Shown here: positions 18,258 through 27,727 of the stretch, piece by piece | Layout: each line of letters opens with the position of its first letter | How positions within the stretch are numbered: position 1 is the stretch's first letter | NCBI GenBank assembly: GCA_030038125.1 | Contig: JASHPL010000454.1 | Span: 2,261-66,260, forward strand | Origin: Candidatus Sulfotelmatobacter sp. | GTDB lineage: Bacteria > Acidobacteriota > Terriglobia > Terriglobales > Acidobacteriaceae | Direction: 5' to 3' | DNA length: 64,000 bases | The notes under the pieces: model-generated | Told to the model about the DNA's origin: nothing | Databases searched by the model: none | What the model saw: only the letters and a program-made list of their open reading frames with translations | Position numbers and translations under genes: made by a program

Positions 18258-21200
18258 CTATTTCTTGCTGCGCCGGACTTGCACGTCAAAGCTGACCACA
18301 CCGTTCTGGTCGCGCGTGCCCAGCACCGAAATATTACGGGTGAAATAGTACTCGCCCTCGATGATCTGCTGCGAGCTTTGGGAGACGTTCGTACTATAGG
18401 TCAGCGAAATGTTGTTGGCAAACTGCTGTTCGATGGTCACCTGCGGCCCGCGGGCGGTGGGATTCGTCTCCGTCACCAAGCCTTGCGGATCGATCCTGAT
18501 CCGGCTGGCTCCGAACAGCTTCTGCAACCGGCTGGTCACGGTCTCATTGATCGCCTGGTTGATGATCAATGCGCTGGCTTGTTCCGTATACGCAACCTGG
18601 CCGGATTGCTGCTGTAACACCTCTGATTCCGCGCTGGTCCGGCCCAGAGCGAGCAGCGCGATAATGTCCGACTTCGGCAGCGGCGGCTCAGAGCGATAAT
18701 TCACGTTGAGCCGGTCGGGCGTGCCGGTCACAGTGACGTCGAGATCGTAATTGCGAACGTGGCTTGTCGCCTCCATGTTGAGTACCGGCTCGATAGCCAC
18801 AGGATTGGTGAACGTGATATCGCCGCGCTCCAATCGAAACTTGATTCCGTTAAAGGTCGCATCGCCTTCCAGAATGTCGGCCCGGCCAAGCACACTGGGC
18901 CGTGCCACGGAACCGCGCAGGCGCAAGTCGGCGTCGCCCGAGAGCCGCGTCGAGGCCGTCTTCATCTGCAGCTCTGGCGCAGTGCGCACCGCGACATCGA
19001 GCTTGATGTTATAAAGCGGCGAATTCGCGGGAGTGAGCACTACGGATTGCCGGTTGCTCTGCAGGTAGGATCCGAAATCAAAGCCCGGCGTCACCGCCAA
19101 TTTCGTGACGAATACATTACCCGAAACGGTCGAACTCGAGGGAGTTCCAGACCAGTGTAGTTCCGCATTCGCGGTTGAGCTCACCCCCGGCGGGTATCTC
19201 AGCCGCACGTCTTTTGCAATTGCGGTCAGATTGAAGTTGAACTGCTTGTTGTAGTTCGTGGCTTCGCCCTGCAGATCGAGAATGCCGCCCCCGGTATGAG
19301 CGGTGAGTTGCTGGATGTCCATTCGATCGAGCGTGAAGGCCAGTGATCCATTCATCTCGCTCAATCCGCTGGGCAGACCGTCGTAATTGACCGTCGCATT
19401 CTTGACCTGAATCGTTCCCTGCGGTTGCGGGTCATGTAGACTGCCACCCACATTCATCTGCATGATCATTTGACCGGATGCAGCGAAGTCGGGATTCAGA
19501 CTGGCGAGCAACTTTAAATCGACTTGACCTTGTGCCGACAAATCCAGTTCCTGCTGCTCTGCGAAATTGATTGAGCCATGGCCCGTGACGTCCGTTCCCT
19601 CCCCTACCAGGTGCAGTGGATCGAGATGCACGATCTGATTCGAATAGGAGAAACCCAGCGGGCCCTGGTTATGCAGCTTCACGTGTTCGACTTCCAGAGC
19701 GACATCCGACAGGTCGCCTCGTAGCGTCCATTGGCGGGGATATCGCAACGGCCCCTGCAGCCTCACTGTACCGCCTACGACCGAGTGCCCAGTCAACTCC
19801 TGACCAAGATATGCATGCCATAAGGCATCAAGTTCGGCATGATCGAGCTGCGCCGTGATATCGGCAGGGTAATCGCCGCGCATTCGCACTGCTCCCTCGA
19901 CGGAAAGCGTACCCTCGGTGAAATTCGAGTGCCCATGAATTCGCATCTCGCCGTTATCAGTCACGCCTTCCAGATCGAGGCCACCGGCAAGCTCGTGAGC
20001 TACGGTGAGATCGCGAATGTGAATTGCAGCATTGATGGCGGGCGCCGATAAAGTTCCCGTACCTTGCAACGTGAAATCGGCGTTGCCCTCGACCGGGAGC
20101 CGGTCCACATGAATCTGGCGAACTCGCGCCAGATCGAAGTTCTTGCCACTCAGATCGAGCCGAAATGCACGCGATGCCGGAGTGTACGCCGCGTTCCCGC
20201 TCACGGTGGAATCCAGGTGTTTCAGATGAATGTTGTTGAGAGCGGTTTCGCCCTGCGCGATGTGAAGGTCCGCATCGAAAGCCTCAATCGGCTCTCCATA
20301 CGCCGAAGCCCTCGCCGCCCGAATATGCCCCTGGACCTGCGGACTGGCTCGTGTTCCCGCAATCTGCAGCCTGAGATCGGCTGTGCCTGAGACCGGATAG
20401 TCGAAACCTGCGAGGGCCGCGGTCGAAGCCACGTCGACATTATGTAGATTCACCCGTACCGTGTAGGGGCTGTTTTCCAGCAACTGACCCGCCTGCAAAC
20501 TGGCGCTGGCATCAAAGTCAGCGCTCGTTTCGCCCCGCCGCAAGCTGCCGCCATGCATCACCAACTCGTCGGCCGAGAAGTGAATATTCGCCGCCAGTGA
20601 GTCCCATCGCACCTCTTGCCGCGGTGTGTAGGAAGTAGGGGGAACCGTGAACTCGAAATTCTGTGCGACCAGTGTTCCCGAAAGTACGGGAGAGAAAAAT
20701 GATCCCCGCACCACTCCATTGAAGGTTGCGTTTCCATCCACGCGGAATGGTAAATTACTGGGCCCGCCTAACACCGTCACCAATGGCCGCCATTCCTCAA
20801 GATTGGAGGTTGAGACTGACAAACGCAGTGCGGACCGCGAGGCAAGCACGCCCGCCGCTTGTATACGCGAGGCTGGTGTCGACAAGTTGAAGTCGGATAA
20901 TTCCAATGCATCCCCCGAGATGGCGTACCTGCCCCGCGCCTGAGCCGTGATGGGCAGTTGATCCGAGGTAGAAGCCACCTGCGGCTTTACATCGAAGGTA
21001 AAGGCAATCTCCGCATTTTTCGGTGAGCCTTTCCACGCCGCATCCAGGCTTCCTGTTGCGGTTCCTACCGGACGAAAATGGCCGAGAGGATGGGCCCGCG
21101 TGTCCAGCGCAGCCTCCAGCTCAGCCGCGGAAAGGTCGCGCAGTCGCAGACTCACAGTTCCGCTTTGCACTCCGGGCAGTTTTTCTTTTCCGGCATTGCT

Positions 21201-22388
21201 CACCGAAGGCCGTTCCGCTGTAATGATGGGAAGCCCTGGCGCTCCTTGCGGAATTTCTCTTCGGTTCTCGCGGAAACCGGTCCCACCGCTCGGCTGCTTC
21301 AACGGGATGCTGTGCAGCCAGTTCGTGACCTGGCCATCGCCCGTAAAAGTTCCTCCGAATACTCTGCCCTGGATTTTCGAAAGGCTTATCTGCTGGTCGC
21401 TCACTGAGTAATCTGCCGTGGTGCTGGCTTTTTTCAGCACGAGCTGACTGCTCCGCCAATCCAGATCGCGTAATGCAAGCGCCCCCGAACCTGTAAATTC
21501 GTCCGCCGACCACTGGCCGGTCCCTTTCAACTCCGCAACCCCGGCCTGAAGGTCCTTCCGTCGGGCAATCTCTGCGACTTCCCGCAGATCGAGGTGAGCC
21601 TGATAGTCCCCTGCAAAATGCGGATTCTGGAAATCGCTGATCCGGCCGCTGGCTTTGAGATTCGAGTTCCCCGAACCCCATTCGAACGATCGGATTTCCG
21701 CGAATGTCGGCCCCAGGTTGAACTCAATCGACGCCATCCACGCAAAGGGACGCAAATCGTCAAAGGCAGTATCGACTTTGCCCACGGAGAATCGGCTCTC
21801 ATACTGGCGATGCAGATGCGAATAATCCATCTGCAGGTCAGTGTCATCCGCGGCAAAGTCCAGTGGAAGTTTCCGGTCCGCCCACAGCAGTTCCCCGTTT
21901 CGGACCGACAGATGGTCGATAGATAAGGCGAACAATTGGTCCAGAGTTTTCTTCTCTGAAACGTCATGCAGGGCCTTGATCAGCGGAATGTTGGTGGTCC
22001 CGTCCGGCGCCACCACGATGTGAATGACAGGATGTTCCAGGCTCACGAAATGGAAGCCAAATTGGGTTCGCAACAGCGAGATGACTTTGACCTGGGCAAG
22101 CAGATGGTCGGCATGGGCCAGGGGAATCTCGTCAGCCCCCTCACTCCCATGCACAGTGATGTCACGCACTTCGACCTGCATGTGAAAAGGAACAACGTGG
22201 AAGCTGCCGATCTGCGCCCGCCCGCCGGTGATTCGCTCCAGTTCCGCCACCAGCCGCCGCCGCACATAGGCCTGAAAGGAATCCGTATTGATGTACCAGA
22301 ATGCCGCGAGCAGGACGAGCAGGCCCACGCCGGTGAGAATCAGCAAATATTTCCACCAGCCTCGCGAGCTGGCCCCGGGGCCGGTCAC
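18258..22388 (-). CDS. tamB: translocation and assembly module protein TamB (AsmA-like, DUF490 C-terminus)
   Basis: 1376 aa. N-terminal anchor WWKYLLILTGVGLLVLLAAFWY, long beta-rich body. C-terminal 'YRSEPPLPKSDIIALLALGRT...ISLTYSTNVSQSSQQIIEGEYYFTRNISVLGTRDQNGVVSFDVQ' is typical of DUF490. The GTG start overlaps the upstream stop (GTGA). Confidence 0.85.
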   Translation of the reverse strand: MTGPGASSRGWWKYLLILTGVGLLVLLAAFWYINTDSFQAYVRRRLVAELERITGGRAQIGSFHVVPFHMQVEVRDITVHGSEGADEIPLAHADHLLAQVKVISLLRTQFGFHFVSLEHPVIHIVVAPDGTTNIPLIKALHDVSEKKTLDQLFALSIDHLSVRNGELLWADRKLPLDFAADDTDLQMDYSHLHRQYESRFSVGKVDTAFDDLRPFAWMASIEFNLGPTFAEIRSFEWGSGNSNLKASGRISDFQNPHFAGDYQAHLDLREVAEIARRKDLQAGVAELKGTGQWSADEFTGSGALALRDLDWRSSQLVLKKASTTADYSVSDQQISLSKIQGRVFGGTFTGDGQVTNWLHSIPLKQPSGGTGFRENRREIPQGAPGLPIITAERPSVSNAGKEKLPGVQSGTVSLRLRDLSAAELEAALDTRAHPLGHFRPVGTATGSLDAAWKGSPKNAEIAFTFDVKPQVASTSDQLPITAQARGRYAISGDALELSDFNLSTPASRIQAAGVLASRSALRLSVSTSNLEEWRPLVTVLGGPSNLPFRVDGNATFNGVVRGSFFSPVLSGTLVAQNFEFTVPPTSYTPRQEVRWDSLAANIHFSADELVMHGGSLRRGETSADFDASASLQAGQLLENSPYTVRVNLHNVDVASTAALAGFDYPVSGTADLRLQIAGTRASPQVQGHIRAARASAYGEPIEAFDADLHIAQGETALNNIHLKHLDSTVSGNAAYTPASRAFRLDLSGKNFDLARVRQIHVDRLPVEGNADFTLQGTGTLSAPAINAAIHIRDLTVAHELAGGLDLEGVTDNGEMRIHGHSNFTEGTLSVEGAVRMRGDYPADITAQLDHAELDALWHAYLGQELTGHSVVGGTVRLQGPLRYPRQWTLRGDLSDVALEVEHVKLHNQGPLGFSYSNQIVHLDPLHLVGEGTDVTGHGSINFAEQQELDLSAQGQVDLKLLASLNPDFAASGQMIMQMNVGGSLHDPQPQGTIQVKNATVNYDGLPSGLSEMNGSLAFTLDRMDIQQLTAHTGGGILDLQGEATNYNKQFNFNLTAIAKDVRLRYPPGVSSTANAELHWSGTPSSSTVSGNVFVTKLAVTPGFDFGSYLQSNRQSVVLTPANSPLYNIKLDVAVRTAPELQMKTASTRLSGDADLRLRGSVARPSVLGRADILEGDATFNGIKFRLERGDITFTNPVAIEPVLNMEATSHVRNYDLDVTVTGTPDRLNVNYRSEPPLPKSDIIALLALGRTSAESEVLQQQSGQVAYTEQASALIINQAINETVTSRLQKLFGASRIRIDPQGLVTETNPTARGPQVTIEQQFANNISLTYSTNVSQSSQQIIEGEYYFTRNISVLGTRDQNGVVSFDVQVRRSKK

Positions 22389-23095
22389 TGCGACTGCACT
22401 CCCTGGATTGCAGGTCGAGCGACCTGGGCAATCGTCACCTTGCTCTCGGAGCGCAGATTCTGCAGCCAGGAGACGAGCAATTCGTTCATCTTCTGCTGCG
22501 TCAGCAGTTCTCGAATTTTGCTGGAAACATCCGCCAACGGAACCTCAGCGGTTGCGCCAGACTGTTTCAGCTGTGGAACGAACTTGTCGCGGTAGTAAGC
22601 TTCAATGCTCTTGGAATCGATCTGCACTTGTGGTCTCAGTCGCGCGTCCACCAAGCGCATCAGGTCGATCTGTTGCTCGACATGCGCAAGCAGCTCATTG
22701 TGAGTAAGCTGAAACCTGGCCAGCACCGCTTGCCAACCCGCGTCGGTGGCAGCTTCTGCATACAGCTTTCGCGCTTCGGCAACCCGCGCCGCCGCATCCT
22801 TTTCGGATGCATGCGGAAACGACGCAGACTTCATCTGCTCATCGAGCAATTCCTGATCAATCAACTGGTCGAGCACCGCCCGTCGGTCGTCATCCGTAAA
22901 TTGCTCGAGGGGCTTGCCGCTAAGCAGCGCTTCATAGCGCAACGCATCATCCAAATCGCTCTGCAGAATGATGTGCCCGTTAACTTTGGCGACAATACGG
23001 TCGATGACTTCGGCCCTCGCCGATGACAGCACGCACATGCCTGCCAGCACAGCCAGTAACGCGGCTTTGATCAGTTTTCTGCCAATCTTCGTCAT
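22385..23095 (-). CDS. periplasmic chaperone, SurA N-terminal-domain-like (no PPIase domain evident)
   Basis: 236 aa. Signal peptide LIKAALLAVLAGMCVLSSARA. 'IDRIVAKVNGHIILQSDLDDALRYEALL' matches the SurA_N pattern. Sits between bamA and tamB with 1-nt and 4-nt overlaps. Confidence 0.7.
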   Translation of the reverse strand: MTKIGRKLIKAALLAVLAGMCVLSSARAEVIDRIVAKVNGHIILQSDLDDALRYEALLSGKPLEQFTDDDRRAVLDQLIDQELLDEQMKSASFPHASEKDAAARVAEARKLYAEAATDAGWQAVLARFQLTHNELLAHVEQQIDLMRLVDARLRPQVQIDSKSIEAYYRDKFVPQLKQSGATAEVPLADVSSKIRELLTQQKMNELLVSWLQNLRSESKVTIAQVARPAIQGVQSQ

Positions 23096-26000
23096 TAAAA
23101 TGGCTGACCTATACTGAAAAATACGTTGAAATGCGGCAGCCGCTGCGTTTCTGGCACCGTCACGGCCGACGGAGTCCCAAGCGTGAATTCGCGAGCCCCG
23201 GGTCTATTCTGAAAATACTGGGTTGGGTTCAGGTTGTATGCAAAATCAAAACGCAAGGGCCCAAGCGGAGTCCTATAGAGTACTCCAAGTCCCACTGCAT
23301 GAGAAGTGTAATCATACCCTGAGTTGTTGAATTGCGTCACGCACTGGGAGTTCGTTGTACCATCGGCCAGGCATAGGCCAGGGTCGGCCTGATGCCAGCG
23401 CAGAAACCCCTTCAGCATGTCGTGCGGCGCGGTGTAAACGTTGCCCATATCGTGGAAAACGGCAAACCCGAACCCTTCCCCTAGATACGGCAGCGAGGTC
23501 TGCGGAAAGCGCAGCTCGAGGTTGTTGACGAACAGCGCCGTACCTCCAATGGGAAACCCAGAAGATGGATCGCGAGGGCCTGCCTGATTTAACCCGAAGC
23601 CGCGGTGCGAGTTGCCGCCGCCGGCAAAAAATTGTTCGGGCAGTGGAATGGTTGCTTTATTCGAGCAAAGGAGTTGCGCAGAGTTGAGCGAGCATTCCCC
23701 TGGGGGCAGAACGTGCGTTCCATTGAACGGTTGCACTATGCCGATTGAGGTCGAACGGGCAAAGACATACTTGTGTTCCGCGGTGCCCCGCCCGAAGGCA
23801 TAGTATGTGGAATACTGTTCCAGCGCTCGGCTGAAATTTGTGGCCAGACTTCCCTTCTGAGTGTCCGATCGCGAGCCGAAAAAGCCGGTAGCGGCAAAGG
23901 CATCCAGCGTGAAATAGGTTCCTTGTGTGCTTTCCAACGGATTGTCTCGTTTATCGAAAATGTAGGTAAAGCCGGGCCCCCCGACTCTGGCGGGCAACGA
24001 AAAGATCTGGATTTCGCCTTGAGAAAAATCCGGGGCAAAGTGGCTGGCCTTCACCGTCCGGAAATCGAAGCGGTAGCTCAGTGTGCTCGGTCCGGGACGC
24101 GTTCCTTCATTCCCCAGGCTCCCGATCTGCTGCCGCACATCGATTTTTCCTTCCAGACGCTGCGAGGTGAACGTCGCCACATCCAAGCTGTTATCGTAAA
24201 AAACCGTGTTGATAAGCTTGAACTTTTCGTTGTTAAACAGCTCCGGAAACGTATAGCTGACCAGGCCGCGTTGCTCCAAACGGCCGACATGGGACTGAAA
24301 CGAAAGCGTCTGATCCCGGCCAAAGATGTTCAGCCGAGTCACATTAAAACCCACTCGCGGGCTCACTCCTGTTGCTCCTTCCGGCGACTGCGCGCCCGCC
24401 GGGAGGCCGGTTTCGAATTCCAACCCAACCCCATAGGTGAACGTGTAGCGCTGCGCCTCCTGGAGTTGCACGAGAACATTCTTGAGTGGATCCGTACCCT
24501 CGGGGTTCTGCACTGCCGTGTCCACCTGACTGAAAATTCCCAAGTTGTACAGCCGGGTTTGCGTGTCAAGGAGTTCCTGCTGGCTGAGCGGCTCCTCTGG
24601 CCGGACTTGCAGCTGGCGATCCACAATGTACGCTCGTGTATTTTCGGTGCCAGCGACCATCACTCGATTCACTCGAAAGCGCTCCCCCTCCTGAATGTCG
24701 AAGGTTACATCCTCGCGATTCGGTTCGCTGGCAGAAGCCTTGGTGGTAATGTCCAAACTGGCATTGGGAAATCCATGGTTGAAGTAATAGGTGAGGATGC
24801 GTTCACGATCATTGGCCAAATTCTCTTCCGAATAGGGCTGCCCGGGTTGCGTGCTCAGCTCGGGAAGGTCGGTGCTCGGGATTTTTTCATTGCCGGTCAG
24901 ATGCATCTCGCCCACTCGCGTGCGCGGACCTTCGTCAATGTGGATTTGCACCGCCAGCCGATTGGGTCCTTGATAATCGTCCTTAACATTGGTTTCGATT
25001 TTCACCTGACGAAACCCATTCGATCGATAGAGCGCTTCCAGCGTGGCCACGTCGGCTTTGAGTAGCGTGCCACTATAGCGTCCATGGCTCAGAAAACGGC
25101 TGGCCGGCTGAATCTGCAGGTAGGAGCGCAGCTGCGCTGTGTCCAGGAATTCCTTATTGCCTGTAATCTCCACCTTCACCAGCTTGTGCATCGGTCCGGG
25201 ATCGATTCGGTAGATCACGCGGAATACCTGCGGCTGCGAATCCTTTTCAAAGCTGACCTGGGCATCGAAGTGGCCGTGGTTTTGCATGTAGTCGAGAAGA
25301 TTGCGTTTGCCTTCATTCAGCAGATCGTCGTCGACCGCATTCTCTTCGTACACCGGAATCTCCCGCCGCATCGCTCTTCGGCCGATGTGGTATCCGAGCG
25401 CATAGATCACTACACTCGGACCGGGATCAATCTGAAATGTGAAATCAACGGTATTGGTCTCCTCCCGATAGAACTGTTCGGCGATCGAAACCTGCGCCAA
25501 TGCCCGGCTTTGCTTCTGAAACCGCTTGCGCAGACGTTGCAATGCCCCGGTGACACGATCTGAAGTTACTCGATCTCCGCGGTGCAAGTGCGCGATATCC
25601 TCAGTTTCTTCAACCGACAAAGCGGAACTACCGGTGACTTTTACTTCCCCTACATGCGCCTGAGCGTATGGCGTGATATGCAGCAAAACGTTGACCTGCT
25701 GCGTGGCCAGATTCGATGTGCTTTCCGCGGTGACGTGCGCCTGGTAGTAACCGTCCTCCTGCATAAGCCGGCGGACATTCTCCAGCGCTCGATCCAGCTT
25801 TTCCGGGGTATAGAGTTCGCCCAGCTGAAATTTCGACGCATTGACGATCTGGTTCGGCGTAGGGCGGCTTGGCGCCTTTTGAAGGATCAGCCTTTCCAGG
25901 TGTCGAATCAAATTGACGGTCTGGTTGTGTGTAGGCTGGTTCGGAGCCCCCTGTACTTGCACGGCACCGACGAAGAAATTCGGGGCGGTCGTAAAACTCA

Positions 26001-26385
26001 ATATCACCCCATTCCCCGAAGGCACTACTTCCGCCTGAATATCGGAAAACCGTCCCGTGCTGAATAGTGTGTGCATGCTTTCCCGCACTAAATCGCGGCT
26101 GAGTGGTTCTCCCTCTTTCTGTGGTAGCATCCGCAGCAGGTGGACACCGTCTGAGCCGGGCACGCCCGGCAACCTGATCGATTTAACAATTTTTCCTTCG
26201 TAATCGGCGCTTTCCGAAGTCTGCGGCGACGACCGGGGCAGCGCAGCAACCCCTTGCGGCAATGATCCCAGGCAGAGCAGGATCGTCGCAGCCAATAATG
26301 TCGTGTACCGTTTCAGCAACGTTGTCCCTGGATTTCCTACTCTATGATTTCGATGGAGCGCAAGGCGCTCGTCGTTGCACGACAC
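23095..26385 (-). CDS. bamA: outer membrane protein assembly factor BamA (Omp85/D15 family), unusually long
   Basis: 1096 aa. POTRA-like repeats (e.g. 'YRIDPGPMHKLVKVEITGNKEF', 'IHIDEGPRTRVGEMHLTGNEKI', 'FDIQEGERFRVNRVMVAGTENT'). Barrel motifs 'FFAGGGNSHRGF', 'AVFHDMGNVY', 'PLRFDFAYNL'. C-terminal '...FFSIGQPF'. Confidence 0.9.
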   Translation of the reverse strand: MSCNDERLALHRNHRVGNPGTTLLKRYTTLLAATILLCLGSLPQGVAALPRSSPQTSESADYEGKIVKSIRLPGVPGSDGVHLLRMLPQKEGEPLSRDLVRESMHTLFSTGRFSDIQAEVVPSGNGVILSFTTAPNFFVGAVQVQGAPNQPTHNQTVNLIRHLERLILQKAPSRPTPNQIVNASKFQLGELYTPEKLDRALENVRRLMQEDGYYQAHVTAESTSNLATQQVNVLLHITPYAQAHVGEVKVTGSSALSVEETEDIAHLHRGDRVTSDRVTGALQRLRKRFQKQSRALAQVSIAEQFYREETNTVDFTFQIDPGPSVVIYALGYHIGRRAMRREIPVYEENAVDDDLLNEGKRNLLDYMQNHGHFDAQVSFEKDSQPQVFRVIYRIDPGPMHKLVKVEITGNKEFLDTAQLRSYLQIQPASRFLSHGRYSGTLLKADVATLEALYRSNGFRQVKIETNVKDDYQGPNRLAVQIHIDEGPRTRVGEMHLTGNEKIPSTDLPELSTQPGQPYSEENLANDRERILTYYFNHGFPNASLDITTKASASEPNREDVTFDIQEGERFRVNRVMVAGTENTRAYIVDRQLQVRPEEPLSQQELLDTQTRLYNLGIFSQVDTAVQNPEGTDPLKNVLVQLQEAQRYTFTYGVGLEFETGLPAGAQSPEGATGVSPRVGFNVTRLNIFGRDQTLSFQSHVGRLEQRGLVSYTFPELFNNEKFKLINTVFYDNSLDVATFTSQRLEGKIDVRQQIGSLGNEGTRPGPSTLSYRFDFRTVKASHFAPDFSQGEIQIFSLPARVGGPGFTYIFDKRDNPLESTQGTYFTLDAFAATGFFGSRSDTQKGSLATNFSRALEQYSTYYAFGRGTAEHKYVFARSTSIGIVQPFNGTHVLPPGECSLNSAQLLCSNKATIPLPEQFFAGGGNSHRGFGLNQAGPRDPSSGFPIGGTALFVNNLELRFPQTSLPYLGEGFGFAVFHDMGNVYTAPHDMLKGFLRWHQADPGLCLADGTTNSQCVTQFNNSGYDYTSHAVGLGVLYRTPLGPLRFDFAYNLNPTQYFQNRPGAREFTLGTPSAVTVPETQRLPHFNVFFSIGQPF

Positions 26386-26580
26386 TTAGAGCCTGGGGCA
26401 ACCGGATCGCGGCTCATTCGCCGCCTTGATCTCCCCTAGTCGTTAACGACGGTCCACGCCTTCTTTGCGCGGCAAACACGCCCCAACCTATCTTCGATCC
26501 TCGCGCCTTCCCGTAAAACCCAGCCTTATAATAAAGGTTTCTGAGCACGGTACCCGTGATCTGTTTGGCACGTTAAGGTT

Positions 26581-27642
26581 ATGAGCGATCCTACCCAACA
26601 CGCCGCGCCCGAGATTCGTGCCTCCAATGACGACCGTTACTCGCGGCAGATTTTGTTTCGCGGTATTGGCCGGGACGGCCAGAGCAAGCTCCAAGTTGCG
26701 AGCGTGGCGATTGTCGGCTGCGGTGCGACCGGGTCTGCTCTAGCCGGACTGCTGGGCCGAGCCGGCGTGGGCACGCTGCGCATTATCGATCGCGATTACG
26801 TCGAGCCCAGCAATCTGCAGCGGCAATCTCTTTTTGATGAAAGCGATGCCGCCGAATCCCTGCCCAAGGCGATTGCCGCAGCGCGTAAGATCGCCGCGTT
26901 GAATTCCCAGATTGTCGTTGAACCAAAAGTTGAAGATCTGGTTCCCGGCAACATTGAAGTTTTGCTTGAGGAATGCTCGCTTATCCTCGATGGCACTGAC
27001 AACTTCGAAACTCGCTATCTGATCAATGACTATGCCGTCGCTCGTTCCCTTCCATGGATTTATTCGGCCGCGGTGGGAAGCTACGGCGTAACGCTAAACA
27101 TCCTCCCGGCTCGTACTGCTTGTCTGGCTTGCATCTTCCCCGACTCGCCGCGCGGTATCGTGGAAACCTGCGAGACCTCCGGCATTCTGAATTCCGCCGT
27201 GAATCTGGTGGCGTCAATCGCGGCGACCGAGGCATTAAAGCTGCTGGTCGGCGGTATCGACGCGCCAACCCTCCGCCACACCCTGCTTTCCTTCGATGTG
27301 TGGACGAATGAGCACGCCGAGATCTCTGCTGCTAAGCGGCGGGTCGATTGTCGCGCTTGCGGACAGCACGATTTCATTCATCTGGCCGGAGAGGGGCGTC
27401 CGCACATCACGTTATGCGGCAGGAATTCGGTGCAAATCCATGAGCGGCAGCGCCCTATAGACTTCACCGAGATGGATCGCCGCCTGCAACCGCATGGCCT
27501 CGTACGCCACAATGATTTCGTTTTGAAATTCTGGCGCGATCCCTACGAGATGACCCTGTTTCCCGATGGCCGCGCCATCATTAAAGGAACGACGGATACT
27601 GCCGTTGCACGCAGCCTCTATGCGCGATTTGTGGGAAGTTGA
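26581..27642 (+). CDS. ThiF/MoeB/HesA-family E1-like adenylyltransferase with ~90-aa C-terminal extension
   Basis: 'YSRQILFRGIGRDGQSKLQVASVAIVGCGATGSALAGLLGRAGVGTLRIIDRDYVEPSNLQRQ' (Rossmann GxGxxG plus the conserved RQ). Two CxxC pairs (CLAC, CRAC) typical of the E1 zinc site. C-terminal 'LFPDGRAIIKGTTDTAVARSLYARFVGS'. Confidence 0.85.
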   Translation: MSDPTQHAAPEIRASNDDRYSRQILFRGIGRDGQSKLQVASVAIVGCGATGSALAGLLGRAGVGTLRIIDRDYVEPSNLQRQSLFDESDAAESLPKAIAAARKIAALNSQIVVEPKVEDLVPGNIEVLLEECSLILDGTDNFETRYLINDYAVARSLPWIYSAAVGSYGVTLNILPARTACLACIFPDSPRGIVETCETSGILNSAVNLVASIAATEALKLLVGGIDAPTLRHTLLSFDVWTNEHAEISAAKRRVDCRACGQHDFIHLAGEGRPHITLCGRNSVQIHERQRPIDFTEMDRRLQPHGLVRHNDFVLKFWRDPYEMTLFPDGRAIIKGTTDTAVARSLYARFVGS

Positions 27643-27664
27643 ACGATATGGGTTCCTCAACCTG

Positions 27665-27694
27665 TTTCCGTAACACTAAAATTTCTTACGGAAA
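27665..27694. terminator. hairpin between convergent genes (weak bidirectional terminator candidate)
   Basis: 9-bp stem TTTCCGTAA (27665-27673) / TTACGGAAA (27686-27694), 12-nt AT-rich loop. No clear U-tract. Confidence 0.3.
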
Positions 27695-27727
27695 GTAGAT
27701 TCCGAAGCTGATCGCCTCGGCCAGCCG

